Source: an uncultured Candidatus Rokubacteria bacterium
GTDB lineage: Bacteria > Methylomirabilota > Methylomirabilia > Rokubacteriales > CSP1-6
Assembly: GCA_963754315.1 (NCBI GenBank)
Contig: CAVWFS010000002.1
Location: 29,156-93,155, forward strand
Direction: 5' to 3'
Length of the DNA: 64,000 nucleotides
Part shown: positions 41,991-56,746 of the stretch, one piece after another
Layout: each line of letters opens with the position of its first letter
Numbering within the stretch: position 1 is the first letter of the stretch
The notes under the pieces: model-generated
Database searches by the model: none
Seen by the model: only the letters and a program-made list of their open reading frames with translations
What the model was told of the DNA's origin: nothing
Made by a program: the position numbers and the translations under genes

Positions 41991-42167
41991 CGCGCACTCG
42001 GGTGGCTCTGGACCCGGGGACCACCTGGTCGGGATCCCGCGTGCGGCCATCCGGCGCGCCGCCGCCTGAGCGGTGTGCGTGCGCGTTCGAGGCTGGAGGG
42101 GTCTGGATCGTCCGCGGCCACCCATCAGATTGACCCTGGCCGCGGCCGCGTGCTACGGTTTGGTGCT

Positions 42168-43064
42168 TTGTCGACGGGGTCGAGGCGCGCCCGTCGCCTC
42201 GAGCTCAGTGCCGCGGCTAAGGTCAATCTCACGCTCGAGGTGCTGGGCCGTCGCGGTGACGGCTATCACGAGATCCGGACGGTCATGCAGACCGTCGATC
42301 TCGCCGATCGGGTGGTGCTCGAGGACGCTGACGAGCTCGAGCTGCGCACTCGAGCGCCCGATGTTCCAACCGATTCGACGAACTTGGCCATGAGAGCGGC
42401 TCTCGCGCTCCGCGACGCCGCGCGGGTGAAGCAAGGGGTCAGGATCGCGCTGGACAAGCGGATACCCGTCGCGGCGGGGCTGGGAGGCGGCTCCACCGAT
42501 GCGGCGGCTGTCCTGCTTGGCTTGAACCGCCTGTGGCGGTTGCGCTGGCCGCTGACACGGCTCGAGGAGATTGCAGTGACGCTCGGGATGGACGTACCGT
42601 TTTTCTTGCGCGGGGGGGCCGCGCTCGGAACCGGACGCGGCGAGCACCTGAGGCCGCTCCAAACAGTCGGGTTGTCGTTGGTGCTGGTGAGTCCCGGAAT
42701 CGGCGTGAGCACCGCCGAGACCTATGGCGGGGTGACGCCGGCCATGTTCACGGGCGGTGAGCGCTCGCGCGCCATGGCCATCGCTCTCCGCAGTGGCCGG
42801 CCCGCCCGCGTTGCCGAGCACCTCTACAACGGCCTCGAGGGGGCGGTGGGCCCCGCGGCCCGCCAGGTCGTGCGGATCAAAGCCGCGCTCCTGGCGGCTG
42901 GAGCCCTTGGCGCGGCCATGTCGGGCAGTGGCCCTACTGTCTTCGGTGTCGCTCGCTCGTGGGAGCACGCGCGGCAGATCCGAACGCGCCTGGCGAGAGT
43001 ATCATGGGCGTGCTGGGCAGTGCGGGGGCTGCGAGGAGCCGCCGTGAGACTCCGCGCCCGGTGA
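42168..43064 (+). CDS. ispE: 4-diphosphocytidyl-2-C-methyl-D-erythritol kinase
   Basis: [39 protein letters not shown] start approximate. Confidence 0.93.
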   Translation: MSTGSRRARRLELSAAAKVNLTLEVLGRRGDGYHEIRTVMQTVDLADRVVLEDADELELRTRAPDVPTDSTNLAMRAALALRDAARVKQGVRIALDKRIPVAAGLGGGSTDAAAVLLGLNRLWRLRWPLTRLEEIAVTLGMDVPFFLRGGAALGTGRGEHLRPLQTVGLSLVLVSPGIGVSTAETYGGVTPAMFTGGERSRAMAIALRSGRPARVAEHLYNGLEGAVGPAARQVVRIKAALLAAGALGAAMSGSGPTVFGVARSWEHARQIRTRLARVSWACWAVRGLRGAAVRLRAR

Positions 43065-43082
43065 TTCGCGTGAGAACAACGG

Positions 43083-43157
43083 TGGGGCGTGGCCAAGCGG
43101 TAAGGCGCGGGACTTTGGATCCCGTATTCGGGGGTTCGAATCCCTCCGCCCCAACCA
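43083..43157 (+). tRNA. tRNA-Gln(TTG)
   Basis: TGGGGCG acceptor, D-loop with GG, anticodon loop CTTTGGA, GTTCGAA T-loop, encoded CCA. Usual ispE-prs location. Confidence 0.97.
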
Positions 43158-43179
43158 CTATCCTTCGGTCAGGACGGGG

Positions 43180-44122
43180 ATGATGGCGTACGACCTCAAG
43201 CTATTCACGGGAAACGCGAACCGAGCGCTGGCGGAGGAGATCGCCCAGTACCTTCACGTACCGCTGGGATCCGCCGAAGTGATGCGGTTCTCGGACGGCG
43301 AGGTCTTCGTGCATATCACGGAGAACGTGCGGGGGGCGGACGTGTTCGTCATTCAACCCACCTGCCCGCCCGTCAACGATACGTTGATGGAGCTGCTCGT
43401 CATGACGGATGCGTTCAAGCGTTCGTCGGCGCGCCGCATCACTGCCGTCCTGCCCTACTATGGCTACGCCCGGCAAGACCGGAAGGTTCAGCCCCGAGTG
43501 CCCATCTCGGCCAAGCTCGTGGCGGATCTCATGGAAGCGGCAGGAGTGGAGCGCCTCCTGACCCTCGATCTGCACGCCGGACAGATCCAGGGATTCTTCA
43601 ACATCCCCGTGGATCACCTGTTCGCCGCCCCGGTCATCATCGACTACCTCGGCAAGAAAGACCTGAAGGATCCGGTGATCGTGGCGCCGGACGCGGGGGG
43701 CGTGGAGCGCGCGCGAGCGATCGCCAAGCGGCTCGACGCCGATCTCGCCATCATCGACAAGCGTCGCGACGGCCCCAACGTGGCCCTCTTCATGCGCCTC
43801 ATCGGTGACGTCGCCGGCAAGGACGCGGTGGTCATCGACGACATGATCGACACGGCGGGCACTCTGGTCCAAGCCGTGAGCGCGCTCGAGCGTGAGGGGG
43901 CGCAGTCGCATCCTGGCCTGCGGGGTTCACCCCGTGCTCTCAGGACCGGCGATCGATCGCATCAAGGACTCGGCCCTCGAAGAGGTCGTCGTGACCAACA
44001 CCATCCCCGTGTCCGACGAGAAGCGCTCGGCCAGGGTCACCGTGCTCAGCGTGGCCCCGCTCCTGGGCGAGGCCATCCGCCGCATCCACGACGAGGAGTC
44101 GGTATCGACCCTCTTCGTTTGA
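43180..44122 (+). CDS. prs: ribose-phosphate pyrophosphokinase (frameshift near 43896-43903)
   Basis: [42 protein letters not shown]-terminus HPVLSG...VTNTIP...ESVSTLF in ORF 43892..44122. Confidence 0.93.
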
Positions 44123-44288
44123 CGCCTGGCGTACGACAACAAGCGACAAGAAAGGGCGACGACGCGCTTGGTAAGCCGTTGGAAGCCGGGAGTCCGAGGG
44201 GGGTAGCCCCCCTCGGTATAATTGATAGGATAGTTACGCCCTCAACCATGCAGTCGCTCTCTCCGACTAATGAAGGAGATCTTTTCTT

Positions 44289-44969
44289 ATGGACATGCAG
44301 GAGCTCATCATTCAGCACCGCGAAGGGACGGGCAAGCAGGCCGCGAAGCGGCTGCGGCGCGCGGGCACCGTTCCCGCAGTCGTCTACGGAGGCGCCAAGG
44401 CGGAGGCAGTATCCGTCGATCCGCGCACCGTGCTCAGGATCATCCACGGGCATGGTGGCTCCACGCAGCTGGTCAGCCTCAAGACGTCGCGAGATGGTAA
44501 TTCGGCGCGGATGGCGGTCATCCGCGACCTGCAGTTCGATCCCGTCAGCGAGCAGCTCCTGCACGTGGATCTGCAGGAGGTCGCTGCTGACCGACCGATC
44601 ACGGTGGTGGTCGCCATCCATCCCGTGGGCGAGTCGGCCGGCGTGCGGGACCAGAAGGGGATCCTGAACTTGGCCCTGCACGAGCTCGAGGTCTCGTGTC
44701 TGCCCTCCCGCATTCCCGAGCGGATCGATGCCGACGTCTCGGCGTTGATGATTGGCGACGTCTTGACCATCGCCGATCTCACCGTGCCCGAAGGGGTCCG
44801 CGTCCTCAACGCGCCCGACCAGGCAGTGGCCACCGTCGCGCCGCCCATGGCGGAAGAGACGCCGGTCGCCGCCCCGACCGCGGTCGTCACCGCGGAGCCC
44901 GAGGTCCTCACCGAGCGGAAGCCGAAGGAGGAGGCGCCGGCCGACGACGCAAAGAAGGCCAAGAAGTAG
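44289..44969 (+). CDS. rplY: 50S ribosomal protein L25/Ctc (long form)
   Basis: [30 protein letters not shown]. Confidence 0.95.
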   Translation: MDMQELIIQHREGTGKQAAKRLRRAGTVPAVVYGGAKAEAVSVDPRTVLRIIHGHGGSTQLVSLKTSRDGNSARMAVIRDLQFDPVSEQLLHVDLQEVAADRPITVVVAIHPVGESAGVRDQKGILNLALHELEVSCLPSRIPERIDADVSALMIGDVLTIADLTVPEGVRVLNAPDQAVATVAPPMAEETPVAAPTAVVTAEPEVLTERKPKEEAPADDAKKAKK

Positions 44970-44984
44970 CGGCCGCGCGACGCG

Positions 44985-45526
44985 TTGGCCCAGGTCGTCA
45001 TTGGGCTCGGCAACCCCGGCCCCGAGTACCGGGACACTCGACACAATGTGGGCCATCGCGTCGTCGACACCCTTGCCCGGACCCTGCACCGTCCGTGGAC
45101 GCACGAAGGACGGGTCGCGATGGTCAAGGCGCAGTGGAGAGGCGATCCGGTCTACCTGGTAAAGCTGCCGACCTTCATGAACGTCTCCGGCCCCGCCGTG
45201 GCCAGCGTCCTGCACAGGCTGGGTGCCGGGCCGGCCGATCTGATTCTCGTGTATGACGACCTCGATCTTCCGCTGGGCGCCGTGCGTATCCGCATGAAGG
45301 GCAGCCACGGCGGCCACAACGGGGTTCGGTCAGTCATCGAGGCGCTGGGGACGTCCGACATCCGACGGGTCAAGGTGGGAATCGGGCGGCCCGAGGGCAA
45401 GGCCGCTGTTCCTGACCACGTGCTCTCTGCGTTCGAACCCGAGGAGCGAGACGCCGCCGACGCGGTAGTCGCCACGGCGTGCGACAAGGTTCTCACGCTC
45501 CTTCACCCCCTCCAGGGAGGACCAGC

Positions 45527-45530
<4 letters not shown>
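44985..45530 (+). CDS. pth: peptidyl-tRNA hydrolase
   Basis: GLGNPG, TRHNVG, TFMNVSG, YDDLD, GGHNG, VGIGRP. Confidence 0.97.
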
Positions 45531-47483
<1,953 letters not shown>

Positions 47484-47709
47484 CCCGCGCACGAAGGGTG
47501 TACACTTTCACCTCTATATGCGCCGGAACTCGCCACGCTGGCAGACCAAACGAGACGATCCGGCGCTACCACCTGCAACCCGCCAGAAATGGGCTAAAAT
47601 AATTGATGTTTATCCGCTGGCACGGCGTCCCCGGTTAGGGGGGGCAGTGTGACCAAGGTCATCGCCGATTAACCGCGACGATCCTGACCGCACCGCCGGC
47701 TTCCGCGAT

Positions 47710-50088
47710 GTGGGGCCGGAGTACATGAGGCGCATGCTGGAGGCAGGTCGAACCTGGGGACGGGGCCTCGAGTGGGACGTCGTACGTACCGTCCTCGGCG
47801 ATGAAGCGCGAACCCCCATGGGCCGGGAGCGGGCGGTGACCGCGCAACCGCTCACTGATCTGGCCGCCGTCCAGGCCGCGATCGACATGACCGGACAGGC
47901 CCGCCGGGCGCTGGGTACGGCCGGACCTCCCCCACTGGACGCCATTGTCGACGTCAGGGCAATCCTCGATCGCGTCCGGCTGCCGGGGGCTGTCCTCGAT
48001 GGCACCGAGCTCGTTCAAATCCTTCCGCTTATCGAGGCAAGCCCGAAGCTCGCCGCTTACGGGCGCGGGGTCGAGGAGGGAAGTCCGGAGCTCGGACGAC
48101 TGATGCGGGCACTCCCGCGCGCGCCCGAGCTGGGTGACGCTCTTCGACGCGCGCTGGATGACGACGGAGCCGTGACCGACCGGGCCAGCCCGCGCCTCGG
48201 GCAGCTCCGGCGCGGCACGCGGGAACGGCGCCGCCGGATCGTCGGTGAGCTCGAACGCATGCTTCAGAACGTCGAGTCAGCGAGCGACCGCTTCGTGACC
48301 GTGCGGCACGGCCGCTACGTGATTCCTCTGCGCACCGATGCCCGGAACCGTGTGCGCGGAATCGTGCACGATCGCTCGCAGAGCGGGGGGACGCTCTTCG
48401 TCGAGCCGGAGTCCGTGATTGACGCCAACAACGAGCTGGCCGAAATGATCCGAGCCGAGGAACAGGAAGTCTTGCGGATCCTGGCCGAGCTCACGGATCG
48501 GGTCCGCGAGCGGATCGAGGACCTCTCCACCCTCGTGGAGAGACTGGGCGAGGTGGACTGGATCTTCTGTCGGGCTCACCTCGCCGAACGCATGAATGCC
48601 AGCGCGCCCGTCATGGAGCGCGAGCAGAGCGTGTCGCTGTCTGCGGCCTGTCATCCCCTGCTTCTCGTCCAGAGTTGGAAGGATCCGGGGCGGCCCGTGG
48701 TACCGGTCGATCTCTCGCTCTCGCGCCAGCAGCCGCTCTTGCTGGTGACGGGCCCCAACGCGGGGGGAAAGACCATCGCCCTCAAGACGCTTGCGCTGTG
48801 TGCGCTGATGGCCCAGGTAGGGTGCCACGTGCCCGCGGCCGACGGCGCCCGGCTCCCCGTCTTCGACGGCGTGTTCGCCATCGTGGGCGACGATCAGAGC
48901 GTGGCCAACAACCTGTCGACCTTCTCGGCCTTCGTCAAGCAGGTGCGCGAGATCCTCGAGGTGGTCGGCGACCGGTCGCTGGTGCTGCTCGACGAGCTGG
49001 GGGCCGGAACGGATCCCGACGAAGGCGCGGCCCTCGCCCAGGCAATCCTGGAAGAGCTGGCCGCGCGTGGTGTCCTCGTGATGGCCACCACCCACCTCGA
49101 GCCACTCAAGGCCTTTGCCAGCACCTCCCCGCAGGCGCGCAACGCCTCCGTCGAGTTCGACAGCGTCACCCTGGCCCCGACCTTTCGCCTGCTCTACGAC
49201 CGGCCGGGACAGAGCTACGCGCTGGCCATCGCAGCGCGGCTCGGCCTCGCTCCCGAGCTGGTGGCCCGGGCCCACACGCACCGTTCCGCGCAGGGCGCCC
49301 GTATGTCGGAATTGCTCGCGCGCCTCGATGCGCACGCGCGGTCGGAGGCCGAGCGGGCCATCGCGATCGAGCGGCGTGAACAGGAGGCCACGGCGCGGCT
49401 CGAAGCGGCCCGCCAAGCCGAGGCCAGCGCCGAGACGCGAGCCCGGGCCACCCTCGACCGCGCCACGCGCGAGGCGGCAGCGCTCGTGGCAGAGATCCGG
49501 CGTGCCCTGGCCGCCGAGTGGGAGCGCCTCAAGACGGGCGAGCGGAGCCGCCGCTCGATCGAGCAGAGCCGGCGACAGGTGGCCGCTGCGGCGGCGACGC
49601 TCACTCCAGCTACCCTGCCGGCGCCGGGCGCCGCCGCTGCCACGCTCGTTCCGGGTGCCACCGTGATGGCCGAGCACCTCGGCGTCCGGGGCAGGCTCGT
49701 CTCGCTGGCCGGGGCCACGGCCACCGTCCAGTCCGGAAACATCACGGTGCGCGTGCCCGCGCGTGCGCTGCGCGTGACCGAGGTCCCCGTCGACAGGCGG
49801 GAGGGCGGCGGACGGACGAGCCTGCCCGAGCCGAGTGCAGTGGGGTCCGAGCTGCATCTCCTCGGGCGCACGACGGACGAGGCACGCGATCTGGTCGAGC
49901 GCTACCTCGACGACGCGTTCGTGGCGGGCTTGCCGAGCGTTCGACTCGTCCACGGCAAGGGCACAGGGGCATTGCGCAAGACAGTACGCGAGCTTCTCGC
50001 GACGCATCCTCTGGTGGACTCGTTCAGGGAGGGGGAGCCGTCGGAAGGCGGCGCCGGCGCCACCGTGGCCGCGCTCCGGGTGAACTAG
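47710..50088 (+). CDS. mutS2: MutS2 (endonuclease/ribosome-collision factor) with Smr domain
   Basis: GIVHDRSQSGGTLFVEP, TGPNAGGKT, LSTFS, DELGAGTDP, HGKGTG. Start uncertain (47710-47734). Confidence 0.93.
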   Translation: MGPEYMRRMLEAGRTWGRGLEWDVVRTVLGDEARTPMGRERAVTAQPLTDLAAVQAAIDMTGQARRALGTAGPPPLDAIVDVRAILDRVRLPGAVLDGTELVQILPLIEASPKLAAYGRGVEEGSPELGRLMRALPRAPELGDALRRALDDDGAVTDRASPRLGQLRRGTRERRRRIVGELERMLQNVESASDRFVTVRHGRYVIPLRTDARNRVRGIVHDRSQSGGTLFVEPESVIDANNELAEMIRAEEQEVLRILAELTDRVRERIEDLSTLVERLGEVDWIFCRAHLAERMNASAPVMEREQSVSLSAACHPLLLVQSWKDPGRPVVPVDLSLSRQQPLLLVTGPNAGGKTIALKTLALCALMAQVGCHVPAADGARLPVFDGVFAIVGDDQSVANNLSTFSAFVKQVREILEVVGDRSLVLLDELGAGTDPDEGAALAQAILEELAARGVLVMATTHLEPLKAFASTSPQARNASVEFDSVTLAPTFRLLYDRPGQSYALAIAARLGLAPELVARAHTHRSAQGARMSELLARLDAHARSEAERAIAIERREQEATARLEAARQAEASAETRARATLDRATREAAALVAEIRRALAAEWERLKTGERSRRSIEQSRRQVAAAAATLTPATLPAPGAAAATLVPGATVMAEHLGVRGRLVSLAGATATVQSGNITVRVPARALRVTEVPVDRREGGGRTSLPEPSAVGSELHLLGRTTDEARDLVERYLDDAFVAGLPSVRLVHGKGTGALRKTVRELLATHPLVDSFREGEPSEGGAGATVAALRVN

Positions 50089-50092
50089 CGCC

Positions 50093-51960
50093 ATGGCATC
50101 CTACAGCCCGGCTACCCTCGATCAGATCCGATCGGGTCTGGACCTCATCGATCTCATCGGGCGCTTCGTCAATCTCAAGCCTGCCGGTGCGAACTGGAAG
50201 GGACTCTGCCCCTTCCACGCGGAGAAGACACCCTCCTTCAACGTCAACCCGCGCAAGGGGATCTTCAAGTGCTTCGGGTGTGGCGTGGGCGGAGACGCCT
50301 TCGTATTTCTGATGCGTCAGGACAAGCTCACGTTCCCCGAAGCGGTGCGCGAGCTCGCCAGGGTCGCTGGTGTCGCGCTCCCCGAGGACCGCGGCCCGGA
50401 CTCCGAAAGCTCGGGGCGCGAGGAGCTCTTCCGGGCGATGGCCCTCGCCGCGCGGGTGTATGCGGATGCGCTCGGGCAACCCGGGGGAGGGCGCGCGCGC
50501 GCGTACCTCGAGCAGCGGGGTGTCGATCCAGAGGTGGCGCGCCGCTTCGGCCTGGGCCTCGCCCCGGAGGGCTGGGAGTTTCTCATCGATGCTCTGAGGG
50601 CAGACGGGGTGGGCCAAGACGTTCTGGTCTCGGCGGGTCTGGCCGTGCCGCGCCAGAATGCCGGTGGCGCCTACGACCGCTTTCGCGGCCGGCTCATCTT
50701 TCCCATCCGCGATCTTCAGGGACGTGTGGTCGGGTTCGGGGGACGCGCCCTCGGCGATGAGCAGCCCAAATACCTCAACTCGCCCGAGACCCCCATCTAT
50801 TCCAAGGGCAATCTCCTTTATGCGGCCGATCTTGCGCGCGAGAGTATGCTTAGCAGAGGACGAGCACTGCTCGTCGAGGGCTACGTCGATTGCTTGATGG
50901 CACACCAACACGGCTTCACGGAGACGGTGGCCGCGCTTGGCACCGCTCTTACCGCGGCTCAGCTCGCGCTCCTTCGCCGCTTCTGCTCGGAAGTCATCAC
51001 CTTCTTCGACGCCGACGCCGCTGGCCAGAAGGCGGCGGAGCGCGCCGAGGAGTTGCTGGAGCCTGCCTCGGGGGGGGCGGTCTGGGGTATCAACCGGTCG
51101 GGGGCGTTCGACCGGGGCACCCCGTTCCGGCTGCGGGTTGCTTTGCTAGCGCCCGGTCATGATCCCGATACCTTCCTGCGTGCGTACGGAGCGCCGGCGC
51201 TCGCCGAGCGGCTGACGACTGCGCGCAGCATTCTCTCTTATGCGCTCGATCGTGCCGCCGCCGATCCCGAGGGTGTCAGCGGCCCGCGCACAAGGGCGAG
51301 CGCGTTCGCACGGGTGGCCCTTCTGCTCGCCAAGGTCGGGAACGCCGAGGAGGCAACTGCCCTCTCCCGGGAGGCCGCTCTGAAGCTCGGCGTCGATCCG
51401 ACACAGCTGTGGATCGAATCGCAGCGTCTGCAGTCGGCCCTCGCCCGCCCCACGGCGAGCCCGTCTCCCACCACTCGCCCCCCGCTCCGAGGAACCACGC
51501 GGCATCGGGACTTGGTCACTCTCCTCCTGCACTCGATGGAGGCTCGGCGCGAGTTGCTGCCGATCATCGACGAGTCCGATCTCGGTGACCCGACCCTGCG
51601 GCAGCTGGTGGAGCGCCTCCGGCGCGCGCCTGACGCCGACCCGGCGACACTCATGAGCGATCTCACCGACGACGCGCGCAACCTGCTCGCCACCCTCCTC
51701 ATCGAGGAGCGAAGGGGCGAGGACGTCGCCGCTGCCATCGTTCAGTTCAGGGCCCATCTGTCTCGCCTGCGCAGTCTCAAGGAGATGCGAGAGGACGGGC
51801 GCCGCATCGCGGAGGCCCAGGCGAGGACGGGAGTCGACGCTCCCGTTTCCGAGGCGTATCGTTCACTCTATGAGCGAGGTCGGCGGGTGCACGAGATCGC
51901 GCGCGGGGTTGCCTCGTCGCTCGACCATGGGACGTCAGATCCCCCAAGGAGTCCAGAGGC

Positions 51961-51964
<4 letters not shown>
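50093..51964 (+). CDS. dnaG: DNA primase
   Basis: [44 protein letters not shown]. Confidence 0.97.
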
Positions 51965-53802
<1,838 letters not shown>

Positions 53803-53817
53803 TCTACTATGGCCGTC

Positions 53818-53892
53818 GGGCCCATAGCTCAATGGCAGAGCAGCCGGCTCATAACCGGTCAGGTCCTGGTTCGACCCCGGGTGGGCCCACCA
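53818..53892 (+). tRNA. tRNA with CAT anticodon, most likely tRNA-Ile2 (lysidine)
   Basis: GGGCCCA/TGGGCCC acceptor, anticodon loop CTCATAA, encoded CCA. Lacks initiator features, and the location after rpoD matches ileX. Confidence 0.9.
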
Positions 53893-53934
53893 TTTTATCG
53901 GAGCGTGAGGTTACGGCTCGAAGCGTGGGTGGCC

Positions 53935-54012
53935 TGAGGTGCGCGGGCTGCGTGAGGTGCGCGGGGCTGCGTGAGGTGCGCGGGGCTGCGTGAGGTGCGC
54001 GGGGCTGCGTGA
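53935..54012. repeat. 19-bp tandem repeat x4 (tgaggtgcgcggggctgcg)
   Basis: Copies at 53935 (18 nt), 53953, 53972 and 53991. Confidence 0.95.
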
Positions 54013-54068
54013 TTCTCACCGATTGATTGACGAGCGCCAGGCCAGGTTGATGCGCGCGAGGAGAAGGG

Positions 54069-54776
54069 GTGGAGTTGCAGCTACAGATTCTCGGTGACCT
54101 ACAGCAGCAGGACAGCCGGATCGCCGCAATGGAGGCGGAGGTGGCGCGGCTGCCCAAACAGATCGCGGCGATCGAGACGGCCCTGGTCGAGGCGAAGAAA
54201 TCCCTGGAAGCGTTGCGCGGACGGCAGGACAAGGCCCGCAAGGACCTCCGGGCCCACGAGAAGGACCTCGAGGTCGTCGCCCTCAAGCGCTCAAAGTCGG
54301 AGAGCCGGCTGTACGAAGTGAAAACCAACAAGGAGTACTCCGCCGTTCTGCTGGAGATCGAGGAGATCAAGCAGGAGAAGGCTGAGATCGAGGAGAAGAT
54401 GCTCGGCCTCATGGAGCTCCAGGAAGGGATCGCCGTCGACATTCGCGCGGCCGAGCAGACCCACGCGCAGCGCGAGGAGCAGGCCAGCCACGACGTGGGC
54501 GAGGTCCGCAAGCGGCTGGCTGCCGTCGAGGCCGACCTCGCCGTCGCGCGTGGGGCCCGGGCCGCGCGCGCGAGCGAGCTCCCCGCCGCCCTCTTGAGCG
54601 ACTACGACCGCATCCGTAAGGCGCGCGGGGGAGTGGCGGTGGCCACCGTGGGTGCCACCGCCATCTGCAGCGCCTGCCGGGTCACGATCCGTCCGCAGGC
54701 GATCCAGGAGCTCCGGGCAGCCAGTTCGCTCATGCTCTGCGAGAACTGCGGCCGCTTTCTGTTCTGGCAAGAGTAG
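54069..54776 (+). CDS. coiled-coil protein with C4-type zinc ribbon (CT398/DUF164-like)
   Basis: KTNKEYSA coiled coil, CSAC...CENCGRFL. Confidence 0.9.
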   Translation: MELQLQILGDLQQQDSRIAAMEAEVARLPKQIAAIETALVEAKKSLEALRGRQDKARKDLRAHEKDLEVVALKRSKSESRLYEVKTNKEYSAVLLEIEEIKQEKAEIEEKMLGLMELQEGIAVDIRAAEQTHAQREEQASHDVGEVRKRLAAVEADLAVARGARAARASELPAALLSDYDRIRKARGGVAVATVGATAICSACRVTIRPQAIQELRAASSLMLCENCGRFLFWQE

Positions 54777-54784
54777 GCTCCGGG

Positions 54785-54864
54785 CGTAATTTCGAGGAGG
54801 GCGCCGGGTCCCCCGGGGCCCTCCGAGCGCGGGGGGCTCGGGGGGCCAGCTCGGGGCCCCCCGA
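54785..54864 (-). repeat. palindromic repeat family B, diverged copy
   Basis: ggagggcgccggg-tc-ccccggggccctcc hairpin plus cggggggcc-agctcgg-ggccccccg hairpin. Confidence 0.7.
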
Positions 54865-54865
54865 C

Positions 54866-55330
54866 GTGGTGATCTACTGCGACGGCGCCTGCTCGGGAAA
54901 TCCAGGGCCCGGCGGCTGGGCGGCCATCATCATGGACGGGACAAGCGAGCGCGTCGTGTCCGGGGCCGAGCCTCACACCACCAACCAGCGCATGGAGATC
55001 ATGGCGGCTGCCGAAGGGCTGGCCGCCGTGCCGGGCCGGCGCCGGGTCCACATGCATAGCGACAGCGCCTACGTGGTCAATTGCTTTCGCGATCGCTGGT
55101 GGGAGCGCTGGGAGCGGACGGGCTGGATCGGCGCCAACAAGCAGCCGGTCGCTAACCGTGACCTGTGGGAGCGCTTGCTGGCCCAAGTCCGACGCCACGA
55201 CGTCCATTGGCACAAAGTACGCGGCCACAGCGGCGATCCGCTCAATGACCGCGTCGATGCGCTTGCCCGCCAGGCCATCGCGGCGCTCGCCCGGGACCCA
55301 GACTTGCCGCGCCGCGCCGGGCTGTCCTGA
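54866..55330 (+). CDS. rnhA: ribonuclease HI
   Basis: IYCDGACSGNPGPGGW, TTNQRMEI, SDSAYV, NRDLW, KVRGHSG, NDRVD. Confidence 0.96.
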   Translation: MVIYCDGACSGNPGPGGWAAIIMDGTSERVVSGAEPHTTNQRMEIMAAAEGLAAVPGRRRVHMHSDSAYVVNCFRDRWWERWERTGWIGANKQPVANRDLWERLLAQVRRHDVHWHKVRGHSGDPLNDRVDALARQAIAALARDPDLPRRAGLS

Positions 55331-55349
55331 CCCTCGGGAAATTGTTCCC

Positions 55350-55493
55350 ATGGGAAAGCCCCTCATGCTTCAGGAGACGGACGCTCAGCGCATCGAGGCC
55401 TTGAAGAAGCGGCTAGGCGTTCGCACGAAGATCGACGTCGTGCGCTTGGCCCTCGACCGCTCGAGCGAGGACGCCGAGAGAACAGAGCCGTAG
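55350..55493 (+). pseudogene. short ribbon-helix-helix antitoxin-like ORF, possibly truncated
   Basis: MGKPLMLQETDAQRIEALKKRLGVRTKIDVVRLALD has an RHH-like pattern. Palindromes at the start. No toxin seen. Confidence 0.4.
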
Positions 55494-55630
55494 AGCGCTG
55501 ACGCAAGGATCATCCGAGCGGGATGCGTTCCCCGGCGTGCGACACCGAGCTATTCGGGTGCGGCGTGCCCTCCGGAGTTCCTGGATCTGGTGTGACGGCA
55601 GGGTCAGGCAACCAGGGTCGGGTGATCTTG

Positions 55631-56593
55631 CTACTGCGCGAGGCTGATCTCGCGAAGGTATCGGCGCGCGCCCGGATGGATGAGCTCAGGTGAGGTGACG
55701 GCGGCCACGGTGTTGGCCGCTGTCGTCTCCCGGGCCTGGGATAGCCGCGCGGCGAGGGCTGCCTCCCCCCGATGGAGGGCACGGGCCAGTCGATAGACCA
55801 CGTCGTCGTCGAGCGTCGGGCGCGCCATGATGAAGCTCCAGGAGCCCACGGAGACGATCGGCGCGTCCTGGCCCGGGTACGAGCCGGCCGGTACCGTCAT
55901 CGTCTTGAGGAAGGGATGCTTGGCCTGGATGCGGCGCACCCCGTCGGCGTCCGGCGTGATGAAGCGTGCGCCGGCAGGCGCGCTCGCGACGGCCGCGAAG
56001 CCTGGCCAGCCGATCCCGCCGCCCCACAGAGGCGGCCACCCTTCCGTCGAGCACCATGGCCGGCCCGTCACCCGCTCGATCGAGATACACCGCCTCGAAA
56101 TCGCGCTGCTGGTCGAGATCGAGCCCCTCGAGAACGTAACGCGCCAGGATCACCAGACCCGGATCCGCGCGCGCCGAAGGCAATCGGCTTGCGCTCTGAG
56201 ATCGGCCGAGGTCCGATACGGAGAGTCGGCGCGCACCACGAACATCCCGGCCGTTGAATACATGGCGCTCAAGACGCGGAGATTCGCGCGCGGCCGGCCG
56301 ATACCGTTGAGCGCCTCGTGCACCACCTCGCCTTGCACGAGGGCGATGTCGAGCTGGCCCGCTTCGAGGAGCGGAACGTTCTCGGTGCTGCCCTTGGTAT
56401 TGCGCGTCTCGACGTGGAGGGAGTCGTCCATCTCGTTGACGACCGCCGCCACGGCATCCCCGTAGACAGGGAAGCCGCCGCCAGGGGTGGCGGTGCCGAG
56501 GATCACGGTCGTGCGCGACGCGGCGGGTGCATTCATGGACGCGTACGCTACCACAGCCCGCTCCGAGGAGGAACGGCAGGACCAGCTGGTCAT
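55631..56593 (-). pseudogene. TAXI-family TRAP solute receptor with multiple frameshifts
   Basis: GTATPGGGF, TKGSTEN, GLVILARY, WGGGIGW, VPAGSYPGQ and IHPGARRY are spread over three frames. Confidence 0.8.
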
Positions 56594-56746
56594 TCCCCCA
56601 TTCATCAGGCACGGGCTGATCACGTCATCGAGTGACTGGAGTTCCCTCCGCGAGCCCGGGCCGGTGATACTATACGGCCCGATCCACCGTGAGGCGCGCG
56701 GCAGCACATTCTCGCGATCCGCCCATGACGGCCGGAGGACTCGAGC

